From Eledone cirrhosa (lineage: Eukaryota), in assembly GCA_964016885.1 (NCBI GenBank), contig OZ024745.1, positions 22,630,001 to 22,694,000 of the forward strand: 64,000 nucleotides of DNA. The letters are read 5' to 3'. The notes beneath the pieces are model-generated. The model was given only the letters and a program-made list of their open reading frames with translations. It made no database searches and was not told the DNA's origin. A program made the translations under genes and the position numbers. Positions 1-13,662 of the stretch are shown here, in pieces (positions within the stretch are counted from its first letter, which is position 1; the number at the start of each line of letters is the position of its first letter).

Positions 1-283
1 AATGACTTCCGTCCTTTATATCGGCTTCGAATTTCTAGAGCCATTTATATATTTATCTATTTATATATGTGTGTGTGTGTGTGTGTGCGTGTGTATGTGT
101 GTGTATGTGTGTGTGTGTGTATGTGTGCGTGTTTATGTATGCGTGTGTATGTATATATGTATAGATTTTCTGAGTTTGTATGTATGTATACATGTATGTA
201 TGTATTGCTTATTTTTGTGTTGTTTATAATATACTCTATATTCATATATGATTTGTTTTTTATATTTATATACATACATATAG

Positions 284-332
<49 letters not shown>

Positions 333-338
333 CATATG

Positions 339-374
<36 letters not shown>

Positions 375-375
375 C

Positions 376-530
<155 letters not shown>

Positions 531-617
531 AATATATATATATATTTAAATAAATAAATACAGACAAAAATATATAGACTAAAAATATCATATGTACATT
601 ATATTTATATATAAATT

Positions 618-697
<80 letters not shown>

Positions 698-698
698 A

Positions 699-739
<41 letters not shown>

Positions 740-745
740 TATATT

Positions 746-823
<78 letters not shown>

Positions 824-1257
824 AATTTATATATAAATGTAATGTACATATGATGTTTTTAGTTTATATACTTTTGTCTGTATTTATTTATTTAATCTTC
901 CATTTATATTTTGTTGTTGTTATTGTAATAGTCGGTCTAAGGTATAACGTGTCACTAAACGTGACATTTCAGCTCTCCTACACATAAAGGCTTCAGTTCT
1001 ATTGCCACTATTACTATTGCAATTCTAAATAGTCCACCATTTTTTTTCCTTTTTTACATCATAATTTCGCCCACTAATTTGTAGACATTTTTTTTAATAT
1101 ACTTTTTATCTCCCTCGTTATCCTCGTGGCAAATAACGAAAGCATTATTATACCAGTTGTTTTTACAATAATTATACAAGGAACGTGTGGCAACGTCGGT
1201 CAAACATCAGAGAAAATATATTGCAGTGTCTTGTTACGTCCCATTGTTTCAATTTTG

Positions 1258-1399
<142 letters not shown>

Positions 1400-2134
1400 G
1401 TATATATGAGAAACTAGGGGCTTTTTTTGTAACCCATATGTGTAAAAATATAGGAAAAGGAAGCTGAAAATGCAATTGAAGATTTTAAGAAGAACATTTA
1501 TTAATAACATCTTCACCGGTTTCACGTTTGAATGAATTTTAAAAGTTAAGTGGGGCGGAGAGAAGTATGGTTATATCTTGTTTCTGAAGTTTAGGGAAAT
1601 TTCTTTCCGTTTTATGCAAAAAAAAGTGGTTCAGATTGCTAGCTGTTTAAAGTACAATGGGATTGGTTCTTGTACGAACAAGTGATTAGGTATAGAGTTG
1701 TGTAGTTATTTGCGCCAACATTTGATGCTCACGTGATTAAAAATAGAATATTTATTGCAGATTTTTGCGCCCCAAATTGGAGGTGCCATGGTTCAGTAAA
1801 TGTGACTCGAGGCAATTTCAGAAGGAATTCATGTCTATTTCATTGAGTTAAAGAATAGTTGGCGGCAATCCTTTCAAATATTTTAAAACTATATACGAAG
1901 ATTATTTATGTGATTGTTTGTGTGTGTGTGTGTGTGTGTCTGTAGGAAGTGTTTTGTTTCTTAATACGTCGGGATATAATGGGTCACGTGGCAATTTTAA
2001 ACCTAAAATTGACCACTCGTTCAAGAGAACAGCTAAACAGCGTTTCTCACGGATAAAAAACGGAAACGTAGAACAGGAGATAAAATACAAGCCACAACGA
2101 AAACAATATTTAACCTCATCATCAGCGCCTCCAC

Positions 2135-4255
2135 CGCCCACACTACCACCACTACCACCACTACCACCTCTACCACCACTACCAACACTACCACCTCTAC
2201 CACCACTACCACCTCTACCACCACTACCAACACTACCACCACTACCACCAATATCCCCACTACTAACACTACCACCACTACCACCACTACCAACACTACC
2301 ACCACTACCACCACTACCAACACTACCAACACTACCAACACTACCAACACTACCACCTCTACAACCACTACCACCTCTACCACCACTACCAACACTACCA
2401 CCACTACCACCAATATCCACACTACTAACACTACCACCACTACCACCACTACCAACACTACCACCACTACCAACACTACCAACACTACCAACACTACCAC
2501 CTCTACAACCACTACCACCTCTACCACCACTACCAACACTACCACTACTACCACCAATATCCCCACTACTAACACTACCACCACTACCACCACTACCAAC
2601 ACTACCACCACTACCAACACTACCAACACTACCACCACTACCACCACTAGCATCACTACCAAAACTACCAACACTACCACCACTACCAACACTACCACCA
2701 CTACCACCACTACCACCTCTACAACCACTACTACCTCTACCACCACTACCAACACTACCACCACTACCAACACTACCACCACTACCAACGCTACCACCAC
2801 TACCAACACTACCACCACTACCAACGCTACCACCACTAGCACCAATATCCCCACTACTAACACTACCACCACTACCACCACTACCAACACTACCACCACT
2901 ACCAACACTACCAACACTACCAACACTACCACCTCTACAACCACTACTACCTCTACCACCACTACCAACACTACCACCACTACCAACACTACCACCACTA
3001 CCAACACTACCACCACTACCAACACTACCACCACTACCAACGCTACCACCACTAGCACCAATATCCCCACTACTAACACTACCACCACTACCACCACTAC
3101 CAACACTACCACCACTACCAACACTACCAACACTACCAACACTACCACCTCTACAACCACTACTACCTCTACCACCACTACCAACACTACCACCACTACC
3201 AACACTACCACCACTACCAACACTACCACCACTACCAACACTACCACCACTACCAACACTACCACCACTACCAACGCTACCACCACTAGCACCAATATCC
3301 CCACTACTAACACTACCACCACTACCACCAATACCACCACTACCAACACTACCACCACTACCACCACTACCAACACTACCAACACTACCAACACTACCAC
3401 CTCTACCACCACTACTACCTCTACCACCACTACCAACACTACCACCACTACCACCACTACCAACACTACCAACACTACCAACACTACCACCTCTACAACC
3501 ACTACTACCTCTACCACCACTACCAACACTACCACCACTACCAACACTACCACCACTACCAACACTACCACCACTACCAACACTACCACCACTACCAACG
3601 CTACCACCACTAGCACCAATATCCCCACTACTAACACTACCACCACTACCACCACTACCAACACTACCACCACTACCAACACTACCAACACTACCAACAC
3701 TACCACCTCTACAACCACTACTACCTCTACCACCACTACCAACACTACCACCACTACCAACACTACCACCACTACCAACACTACCACCACTACCAACGCT
3801 ACCACCACTAGCACCAATATCCCCACTACTAACACTACCACCACTACCACCAATACCACCACTACCAACACTACCACCACTACCACCACTACCAACACTA
3901 CCAACACTACCAACACTACCAACACTACCACCTCTACCACCACTAGCATCACTACCAAAACTACCAACACTACCACCACTACCAACACTACCACCACTAC
4001 CACCACTACCACCACTACCAACACTACCAACACTACTACCACTACCACCACTACCAACACTAGCAACACTACCAACACTACCACCACTACCACCACTACC
4101 AACACTACCGACACTACCACCACTACCACCACTACCACCACTACCACCACTACCACCTCTACCACCACTACCGACACTACCACCACTACCACCACTACTA
4201 ACACTACCACCTCTACCACCACTACTAACACTACCACCACTACCAACACTAACAT
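2135..4255. repeat. 9-bp minisatellite (CCACCACTA/CCAACACTA) with higher-order blocks
   Basis: About 2.1 kb of 9-bp units; the variant marker CCAATATCCCCACTACTA recurs at intervals. It explains the three ~800-aa low-complexity ORFs. Confidence 0.95.
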
Positions 4256-4902
4256 CATCACCATCATCATTAACATCATTGTCATTATCGCTACCCCCTC
4301 CCACTGCCACACACACCACAGTAACCACGAACCCCGCAAACACAATCTAATTCCCTCCCACAACAACAACAACAACAACACACATGCACCGTACCACTAA
4401 AAACAAACACAACAAAAGAAAAACAACTGATGCCATAAACACAAGCAAGACACATAAAACTAAGAATATAATTCCCCAATTTCACCAGTGACTTCGAAAG
4501 AAAGGTCACCAAATAGGCATATATTGACTTCCTCGTAGAAACAACACCTACATTTAACTGGAAGGACGAGCCACCCTTCCAGGTCAATAAGCTAAGTTGT
4601 CCATCTCGCTTTCTTCTTCTTTATTCAGCATTGCCGTACTCAAAATATGGAGTGTGACTGCCATGACCTATTGAATGACTTCATGTCACTAGATATAGTC
4701 GACATAGGTAGTGTGAATACACATGACCTGGGGTCACACAAGACCACCTACTGAATGACTTCAGGGCACTAGATATAGTTAAAATACGACATCAAGTCAG
4801 TAGATATAAATATGGTAGCCATCAGCAAGCCCAGAATTTCCATTGCACGAACCTTAGTGCTTATCTTGTTTTATCTTTATAGCATTTAAACAGGCCGTAT
4901 CC

Positions 4903-5039
4903 GGCCAGAATTCTCTTACCTCTTTCTGTTCAAACCGGCTGTAACTGGCCAGAATTCTCTAACCTCTTTCTGTACAAACCGGCTGTAACTGGCCAGAATT
5001 CTCTAATCTCTTTCTGTTCAAACCGGCTGAAACTGGCCA
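4903..5039. repeat. 44-bp tandem repeat x3
   Basis: Unit GGCCAGAATTCTCTWACCTCTTTCTGTWCAAACCGGCTGTAACT starts at 4903, 4947 and 4991. Confidence 0.9.
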
Positions 5040-5154
5040 CTCGTACTCATTGTTCTCAAAATAAATAAAATCTAGATATCATAAATTCGATATTATGTGA
5101 GATGATGATGTGCCGTAAAGCCTTTACCATGAAAATACAATAGTATATATCTTG

Positions 5155-5870
5155 GTTGTCCATCGTGAACGATGATGACATCTTCTTTATTGTTGTTCCC
5201 GTCTGCCGTGGGCACGAAGGAGGCTGTGGAGGCCGATCCTTGACTTGCAAGTCCGGGGACAGTGGGGACAGGGGAAGAGACCGGAGTCAGACTGGCGAAT
5301 CCCAGAGGTTACCTCCACCTGTTACCCCCACCTCTCGCCCATCGGCGCAGGGCTTTGGGAGTGCACGCTAAAGAAGAAACCTGTACGGGAAACGTTTATA
5401 GTGGGAGGGCCAGTGCACAGTGACGGTCCCACTCACTCGGAAGCCAGAATCCGGTGGTACGGAGGACCATCACTACCAGGGACTTCCTTGGCTGCAGTGG
5501 ATGGCCACGACGTCTGTAGTGCCTTGTCGTGCCCTAGCACTCCACACCGCTTGCTGTCGCCGCCTTCGTGACCGTTGGGACGATGTTGTCCTCCTCCACT
5601 CACTCCGCCGGGTCCAATCTTCGCATGTAGGGGCAGGCATCCCTATCTAACTCACCGGGCGGTTTCAGACCCGTCCAGCTACCCTCAACCTGGTTTGGCC
5701 CGCCAGCCAAGGCGGTTTACTGGGGTGTGGCCACTGTCGCATGCTACAACTTCTTGGGGCCACAGGTGAGAGCTGAGTGTCAGGTGGGACCCAATGCAGG
5801 ACGAGCTATCCTGAAAAGGGCATGGCTAGCCCTCCCTACAGAGGTACATGCCCCTCCCTGACACCCCTGG
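5155..5870 (-). mobile_element. GC-rich non-coding interspersed repeat, possibly an RTE-related non-autonomous element
   Basis: Sharp GC-rich island with no credible ORF. The resemblance to RTE-type UTR/SINE sequence is from recollection only. Confidence 0.35.
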
Positions 5871-5879
5871 TATATACAC

Positions 5880-5978
5880 ACGCATATACATACATATACG
5901 TACATGTGTATATACATATCTACACAATTTTGGATGGCCGTTGACTCCTATGAGTTCTTCTGCCCTTTGTCAGGTTTT
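5880..5978 (-). repeat. fragment of the interspersed repeat also at ~50690-51260
   Basis: TTTTGGATGGCCGTTGACTCCTATGAGTTCTTCTGCCCTTTGTCA is the near-exact reverse complement of ~50803-50847. Confidence 0.8.
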
Positions 5979-6301
5979 GTTTTTTGTATATATAGAGTAA
6001 TGTAAATGCTAAAGGGTTAAAACGTATATCATGTTATCAAGTTATCTCCCCTATTTCTTACTACAGTAGACTGTGTCTCTAAAGCTAGTTGGAACTGAAG
6101 ATTTAGTAGTCGTTGATATTGCACAAAGCATTTACCCACCAGCCAATCGAATTCGCTCATGCCATATTAGAATAAACGCTAAGTCATTTTGTGGTGCATG
6201 TTTATGTATGTGTGCATGTGTGTATACGTGTACTATGGTGTAGAAAACTCGTACACATACAGCTATATGCATATTAATGCTCACACACACACACATACAT
6301 A

Positions 6302-6368
<67 letters not shown>

Positions 6369-6427
6369 AATCTCTCCGTGTAAATCTCGCCCTGTCACCC
6401 TCCTCTCTCTCTCTTTCGCACTCTCTA

Positions 6428-6504
<77 letters not shown>

Positions 6505-6584
6505 AGAAAGAGAGAGATTTAGATATATAGATATAAGCATATATATATATACAAAGAGAGCTATATAGACATACAAATATGTAC

Positions 6585-6641
<57 letters not shown>

Positions 6642-6748
6642 TATAGATATACTTACACGCGTACACACACACATACACACACACACACACACACAAATAT
6701 ATATATATAGAGAGAGATATATATAGATATATAGATATATATACATAT

Positions 6749-6835
6749 ATGTGTGTCTTTGTGTGCATGTGTATGTGTCTTTGTGTGCATATGTGTGTGT
6801 GTCTTTGTGTGCATGTGTGTGTGTCTTTGTGTGCA

Positions 6836-6868
<33 letters not shown>

Positions 6869-7210
6869 GTCTTTGTGTGCATGTGCGTGTGTGTGTTTGT
6901 GTGCATGTGTACGTGTGTCTTTGTGTGCATGTGTATGTGTGTGTCTTTGTGTGCATGTGTGTGTATGTCTTTGTGTGCATGTGTGTGTCTGTTTGTGTGC
7001 ATGTGTGTGTGTGTGTCTTTGTGTGCATGTGTGTGTGTGTTTGTGTGCATATGTGTGTGTTTGTGTGCATGTGTGTGTGTGTGTGTGTTAGTGTGCATGT
7101 GTGTGTGTCTGTATCTTTGTGTGCATGCGTGTGTGTGTGTGTGTGTATTTGTGTGCATGTGTGTGTGTGTGTGTGTGTCTTTGTGTGCATGTGTGTGTGT
7201 GTTTGTGTGC
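6749..7210. repeat. compound (TG)n / TTTGTGTGCA low-complexity array
   Basis: Repeated (C/T)TTTGTGTGCAT(GT)n units. Confidence 0.9.
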
Positions 7211-7435
7211 GGGTATGTATCAGCATTTACACTATACACATTTCATCGGCCATTGCTCTCTTTAATGTCGATGCGATAGAAAGAAAATAAGAAACGAAAT
7301 AAAAGTAAAAATGAGGGGGAGGATGAAACAAATTTGCGCTGTTAAAACATACAATTTCTAGAGATTGATCAAAAATCTATGTTGTTGAACCTACAAGTCA
7401 TCCGGAAAGGAACAGCCAAATGGGGCTATTGTCAG

Positions 7436-8062
7436 GACGGTGTATATGTTATATGTAATATGTGTGTAGAGACGGTGTATATGTTATATGTAATATGCGT
7501 GTAGAGACGGTGTATATGTTATATGTAATATGTGTGTAGAGACGGTGTATATGTTATATGTAATATGTGTGTAGAGACGGTGTATATGTTATATGTAATA
7601 TGTGTGTAGAGACGGTGTATATGTTATATGTAATATGTGTGTAGAAACGGTGTATATGTTATATGTAATATGTGTGTAGAGACGGTGTATATATTATATG
7701 TATTATATGTGTAGAGACGGTGTATATGTTATATGTAATATGTGTGTAGAGACGGTGTATATGTTATATGTAATATGTGTGTAGAGACGGTGTATATATT
7801 ATATGTATTATATGTGTAGAGACGGTGTATATGTTATATGTAATATGTGTGTAGAGACGGTGTATATGTTATATGTAATATGTGTGTAGAGACGGCGTAT
7901 ATGTTATATGTAATATGTGTGTAGAGACGGTGTTTATGTTATATGTTATATGTGTGTGTGTGTGTGTGAAATAGATGTGGGTGAGACGGTGTATATGTTA
8001 TATGTAATATGTGTGTGTGCGTGAAATAGATGTGAGTGAGACGGTGTATATGTTATATGTAA
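7436..8062. repeat. 35-bp minisatellite, ~15 clean copies plus degenerate ones
   Basis: Unit GACGGTGTATATGTTATATGTAATATGTGTGTAGA every 35 bp from 7436 to ~7950. Confidence 0.95.
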
Positions 8063-8518
8063 TGTGTGTGTGTGTCTATGATAATAATAGCTGTGGGTGT
8101 GTGATGAAAGATGGGGAGAAACAATGAGAGATAAAAAAAGAAAAACATAGATGAGGTAAGAAAAAGACAATAAAAAGAAGGATGAAAGAGAAAGGGGGAA
8201 AGAGATAGAGAACGAGACAAAATTGTTACAAACAGATTATAATGGAGGGAAATGGGTAGAGAGGAAACTGTGTTGGAAGAAAGGGGATGAAATTTAAACA
8301 TATAGGGAACTAATATAATATTGCAACTGGAAATATATTGAAAAATAAGAGGGTAAAAAATGTATATCCTATCTCTCCCTATGTCTCTCTCTCTATCTCT
8401 CTCTCTCACCCTATCTCTCTCTTTCTCTCTCTCTCCCCCCTCTCCCTATCTCTCTCTTTCTCTCTCTCTCTCTCATCCTATCTCTCCCTATCTCTCACTA
8501 TCTCTCCCTAACTCTCAG

Positions 8519-8552
<34 letters not shown>

Positions 8553-8593
8553 CCTATCTCTCTCTCACCCTTTCTCTCTCTTTCCGTCTCTCC

Positions 8594-8633
<40 letters not shown>

Positions 8634-8744
8634 ATCTCTCAGCCCTCCTCTCTCTCTATATGTATATCTTCATCTCTCTCTCTCTCTCTCATTATATATA
8701 TATATATATATGAGTGTGTGTGTGTGTTTATGTATGTTATATAT

Positions 8745-8781
<37 letters not shown>

Positions 8782-8873
8782 TGCATAACGTGTGTGTACT
8801 GGTGCGTGTAGATAGGCGGACATTAATTTATGAATATATATGTATGTATTATACATGTACATACCTATGATAC

Positions 8874-8945
<72 letters not shown>

Positions 8946-9507
8946 GCATTAATAGATATATACATATACATGCACATACTTTAGTGTGTGTGTATGTGTA
9001 CGTATATGTTAGCGTGTACATGTACGTTCTGTTTTTATATGGTATACGGATCAGTGAAAATATATCACCATATTGGGATGAAATAGATAAAATTAATTTA
9101 TATTTTTCTAAAATACATTAAAATAAGGGGTATGTATCCCAGAAACCCTTCTTGGCCACGCTTATGAACAGCAATATATATCGAGGTGCTGATGCGTGCT
9201 CTAAAGCCAATGGTAAATATCAGAGTTTTTTCTAAATCGGTTACGGTTTCAATTCTCGATTGACTTTAGTCATTACACTTAAGCTCTTACTATCAATTAT
9301 TTGCTCCTTCTACTGTAATACTGAATGTTTCAAGTAAACATGAGAGTCTTTATAAGGACTCTCTTCTCGTAAGAACTACTAGCCACATTTACTTTTGCGA
9401 AGAATATTTAGCCTCTCTAGAATTGTAAATGTCAAAATCAGTTGAATGTTCGGAGTTCAATGCAGGAAAACTGACATTCCATATACTTAATTATTTTTGT
9501 TTTATTA

Positions 9508-9727
9508 TTGGCAGTATCGGTAGAGGGTCGGACGCCATGCTTTGACGGATGGAGTTACGGCCCTTGCCATTCTGAGTTCAAATCCCGCCGAGGTTAATTT
9601 TGCCTTTCATCCTTACGGGGGGGGGGGGGGGTCGATAAAATAAAGTACCAGTCACGCACTGGTGTCGATTTAATCGACTTTCCCCTGCCCAATATTACTG
9701 GCCTAGTGCCTATACTAGAAATCATTG
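9508..9727 (+). mobile_element. tRNA-derived SINE (main family)
   Basis: A-box-like TGGCAGTATCGGTAG, B-box GAGTTCAAATCCC, core TTTGCCTTTCATCCTTACGGGGTCGATAAAATAAAGTACCAG (resembles the Meta-SINE core, from memory). Confidence 0.85.
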
Positions 9728-10254
9728 TTTTACTGGCTTCAGACTGCGGCCATGCTGAAGCACCAGAATTGTTTTAGTCGATTACATTGACACCCGTATT
9801 CATTTTTTAATATCTGGTAGGTTTCTTTTTATCAATTTTTGTTTTCAGTGATTCGCTAAATCTGTGAAATTGTTTTACTATTGGCAGTTTGTGAAAATAG
9901 TTGTTTATTCATACTATGAGATGTTTACTTGCTTGATAACAATTGAGAGTCGGAAGTAGTAGATTCGAATCTTGTTTGGGTAGTTGCTTGTGTCTGTGTA
10001 TGTGTGTGTGTGTGAAAGAGAGTGTATGTGTGCATGTGTGTGAAAGAGAGTGTATGTGTGCGTGTGTGTGAAAGAGAGTGTATGTGTGCGTGTGTGTATG
10101 TGTCTGTGTGTTTCTGTGTATGTTTGTATGTGCATGTTTGTGTGTTTGTGTGTATGTGTAACTGAGTGTATGTGTATCTGTGAGTGTTTGTGCGTGTGTA
10201 TGTGTATGTGACTGTGTGTGTGTTGTGTTTATGTGACTCTACATATATGCGCGC

Positions 10255-10305
<51 letters not shown>

Positions 10306-10660
10306 CGTGTGTGTGTGTGTCTCTGTGTGTGTCTGTGTGTATGTATGCGTGTATGTGTGTGTGTGCGTGTTTAAAAACCATGAAACACAGCTCCTGAAAA
10401 ACTTACTTATAGAGACAGTCTGACTATCAGATAGTACAGAATTTTTCAAACATTTCGTTGGCATGGAAACACCTAGAATAGTAAATTTTCTTTAACTAAA
10501 ACATTTGAAAAAATAATATTATTATAAAAGTAGTGCAAATTCGTCTTAAAATAATATTGTGTTAGAATAATTCAGTTATTTTCCTTGCCATACTCTTTTA
10601 AAAATTCAACTTCATAACTAAGACAAGTTATTGTCTCATATGAGCTACGTCATGAGTTAT

Positions 10661-10835
10661 AATTGTTTCTACTGTTGGCACAAGGCCAGCAATTACCCAG
10701 TACATTACTGGTACTTTATTTTATCGACCCCGTAAGGATGAAAGGCAAAGTTAACCTCGACGGGATTTGAACTCAGACCGTAAAGGGACGTAACTATACT
10801 GGAAAGCATGGCGTCCGACTCTCTACCGATACTGC
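10661..10835 (-). mobile_element. tRNA-derived SINE (main family)
   Basis: Reverse complement of the SINE core and B-box (GGGATTTGAACTC). Confidence 0.85.
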
Positions 10836-10910
10836 ATAATGTTTAAAATTATCGATTTATTTTTATCCCAGTTAATGTCGTGAGTTCGATTTCCAAACCT
10901 GATGATACCA

Positions 10911-11050
10911 TACGAGGGTCGGCTGAAATGTTCATAGGCTGACCAAGATACTCTCATAGAATGACCAAATAAGGATTATTTTTCAACATCTTCCCCGGGA
11001 TGAAACAAGCTATTAATAAGTGTAGTTGAATTCTATGCATGCAAACTTTC
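10911..11050 (+). mobile_element. mariner-like MITE end
   Basis: Starts TACGAGGGTCGGCTGAAA; homologous to 40334-40480 and to the reverse complement of the right part of 52108-52470. Confidence 0.6.
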
Positions 11051-13662
11051 ACAACACAAGCGACACTCCTTTATTGTCAGCCAACGAACGTTTCACAGCT
11101 CTAGCATCACTCCTTCAGAAGCAACTTATGAACGTTCACAGCACTAGCATCACTTCTTCATTGTCAACCAACGAACGTTTCACAGCTCTATCATCACTCC
11201 TTCGGAGGCAACGTTTTAGCCTATCCTCGTATGTCCTTATGCAACACATTTCCTTTCTCTTTGCTCAGGTCAACTCAACTGTAAAATGAGCACCAGCAGC
11301 AGCTGGACATTAGTCTTTCTGCGGGTGTCTCTTACACTCAGTCGCCCATAAAACCGGGATAAATTGATGGTTTCGTCCAACCCAACCAAGCATGGAAGAA
11401 TAGAGGTAAAACGGGAGCTCACTCATAACTTGTAACCCTAAGCCAGCTTCTACATTCAGTTTATTTTATATTATTTCTCTATGTATTTATTCTGTTATTG
11501 AAACAATGGAAAAGTTATTTCTCATAAACATGTAATTAGAACTCGCATTAACACTTTTAAAGATTTTGCTAGTATAATAAGACACTTCAATAATAAGACA
11601 ATCCAAATTCTCACCGTTTCACTTGAGAAAATGTTGATTTTAAAGTAAAACCTATTTTAATGTGGCTTTGCTATTCCTTTTTTTTTTTCATACGAAAGTT
11701 TACTTAAATTTAACAAATTCGGCTTTCAATTTTAGCTAAGAAATTCTTTGTTATTTATTGATTTCTACAAATCAGCTCAATGCAATATTGAATCTTCTGT
11801 ACTCTGATTTAGGGATGATTTGTTTGACAGTAAAAGTTGAAAACAAAATACTACGAATTTCAAAATCTTGACAGTTTTTAGCTAGATAGTTTCCCTAAAA
11901 TTTTAGTTTACACTTAAGTGCATTCATTTTACTTTGAAATTTTAAATATATTATCTTAGTACCCTGCATTATCAGAATAATCTCATTCAACTCAGATGAA
12001 AGATAAAGTTACTTGCTATTCAATATTGATCTTTTAGTTGGCTGAATGTTCGAATGGATGTTCAAATAGAAACAATCTGGTTTCTTCACATAATTTGGAA
12101 AAACTGCACCAACACTTTTCCTCACACTTCAGTTTGTAGTAAAAAAATTACCCGCAAACTTCCTATATTTCCCCACAATAAACCGAACACTTGCATTTAG
12201 TGGTCTTGATTTAATAAAATTGTCCAGCTTTGCAGCATTTCTTTCTTCTCATTTTCATATTTAAACATTTTTCCCAATACTACTGCATGACGACGAAACC
12301 AAGGGTGGATGTTTTCAACATTCGGATTTTTCTATTTTTTATTCTTACAACAAAACCAGGAAATTTATCTGACAGCTCCATCGGTGCAAATACTAGGATA
12401 AGGTTTCCACGAAATTTTTTTTTTTTTTTTTTCGTGACTGAATTAATCAAATTAAACACCACTTCCCTTGAAGCACATCTTTCCAAATACTACCTTCAGA
12501 TATATAGAAAGTAAAATATCTAAACCAACAACGTCACTATTTGAAGAAATAATGTCGGGCTAACTTTTCGCCTGTTTTATTAATTCAGCTTCACAAAGCA
12601 AAATGACATTTTATGAAATCACTTTGAAACTGTCATTCAAAATTTCTACGTTTTCCATGCATTTGATATGTTTTATTTACCAAATATTTTACACAAGACT
12701 TATTAAGTTTACAGATAATTATATCTGTACCACCTACATTTTCTGGTCAATAAATGATATGAAGCAAACAAGCATTTTTATTTTATTTTCGTTTGTTATG
12801 TTTTGTTTCTCTAGTATATAAATGATGAGAATCTAGTTTTGTTTTGATTCGGTTTCAAATAGTTTCTCTGAAAATATTTATAAAGTGGTTTTTGTTTTTA
12901 ATTCTGAGTAGTAAGAAATTCTCTGAAAAGCTGAACGGCAGAAGGTCTTCCCAGAAGAACCCCCTCCCGCCTGAAGCAAGTGTTTCGGCCCTTAACGTCT
13001 TGCATTATGATAAAGGTAAAACGGGGAGCTAACCCTTAGAATCTGTTAATCTAGTCTTTCCTAGCGTCACCCGGCCTTTTCTGGATGTCCTCCGGCCTAT
13101 TCCCTGAAGTCAATGATCTGGCCATTAGTGGTAAGAAATTATCAGGAGAGCTGGACAGTAGAAGGTCTACAGAGAAGAACCCTACCTCAATTCTTTTAAT
13201 TCTTTAATTCTTTAATTGAGGTTGTTATTACTCAGTGTCCAGCAATACATTTTATCACACTTACTTTCCATGTTTTTACATTGTTCATCTTATTTTGATG
13301 TTACATATCTCCCTTACCCGTAGCTTTCTGTGATGTAATCTGTACACAGTCACCATATTAGCAAGGGATACGTAGTTCGTCTCTTACCAGTGGAAGTATT
13401 TCACTTCTCTGAAGTTGGTTCTTATAATAACCAATATCACTTTATATTGATGTTTGATGGACAGACTGAATCCGTAATAACTGGTGGATATGTAGGGATA
13501 CCGTAATGATATATGGAATTTCTTGGATATTTCAATCCTAGAGGATCCCATTCCTTCCCAAGGTTTGAACACAGCCGTGTTTTTTACAGAGAAAGAAAGA
13601 GTGGTAAATAGAAAGGAGTTGAGAAAGTGATATAAAATAAAAATCGACTCCTGTACTGGACT

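Noticed and set aside
1515-1845. Giant-stem-II hammerhead in the repeat shared with 37017-37440
   Set aside because: Only GAAA-ccgg-T is clear; no convincing CNGANGA in either copy.
1902-4381. Three ~800-aa ORFs (Pro/Leu-, Gly/Ser- and Val-rich)
   Set aside because: Overlapping frames of a 9-bp minisatellite; no domain or exon evidence.
4579-4591. 13-mer CCAGGTCAATAAG also on the minus strand at ~60266-60278
   Set aside because: Homology does not extend; compatible with chance in 64 kb.
7436-7960. 35-bp repeats resembling a CRISPR array
   Set aside because: Head-to-tail units with no spacers, no cas genes, eukaryotic context.
9508-9727. tRNA genes at SINE heads
   Set aside because: A/B boxes are present but there is no cloverleaf, and each is followed by the SINE core.
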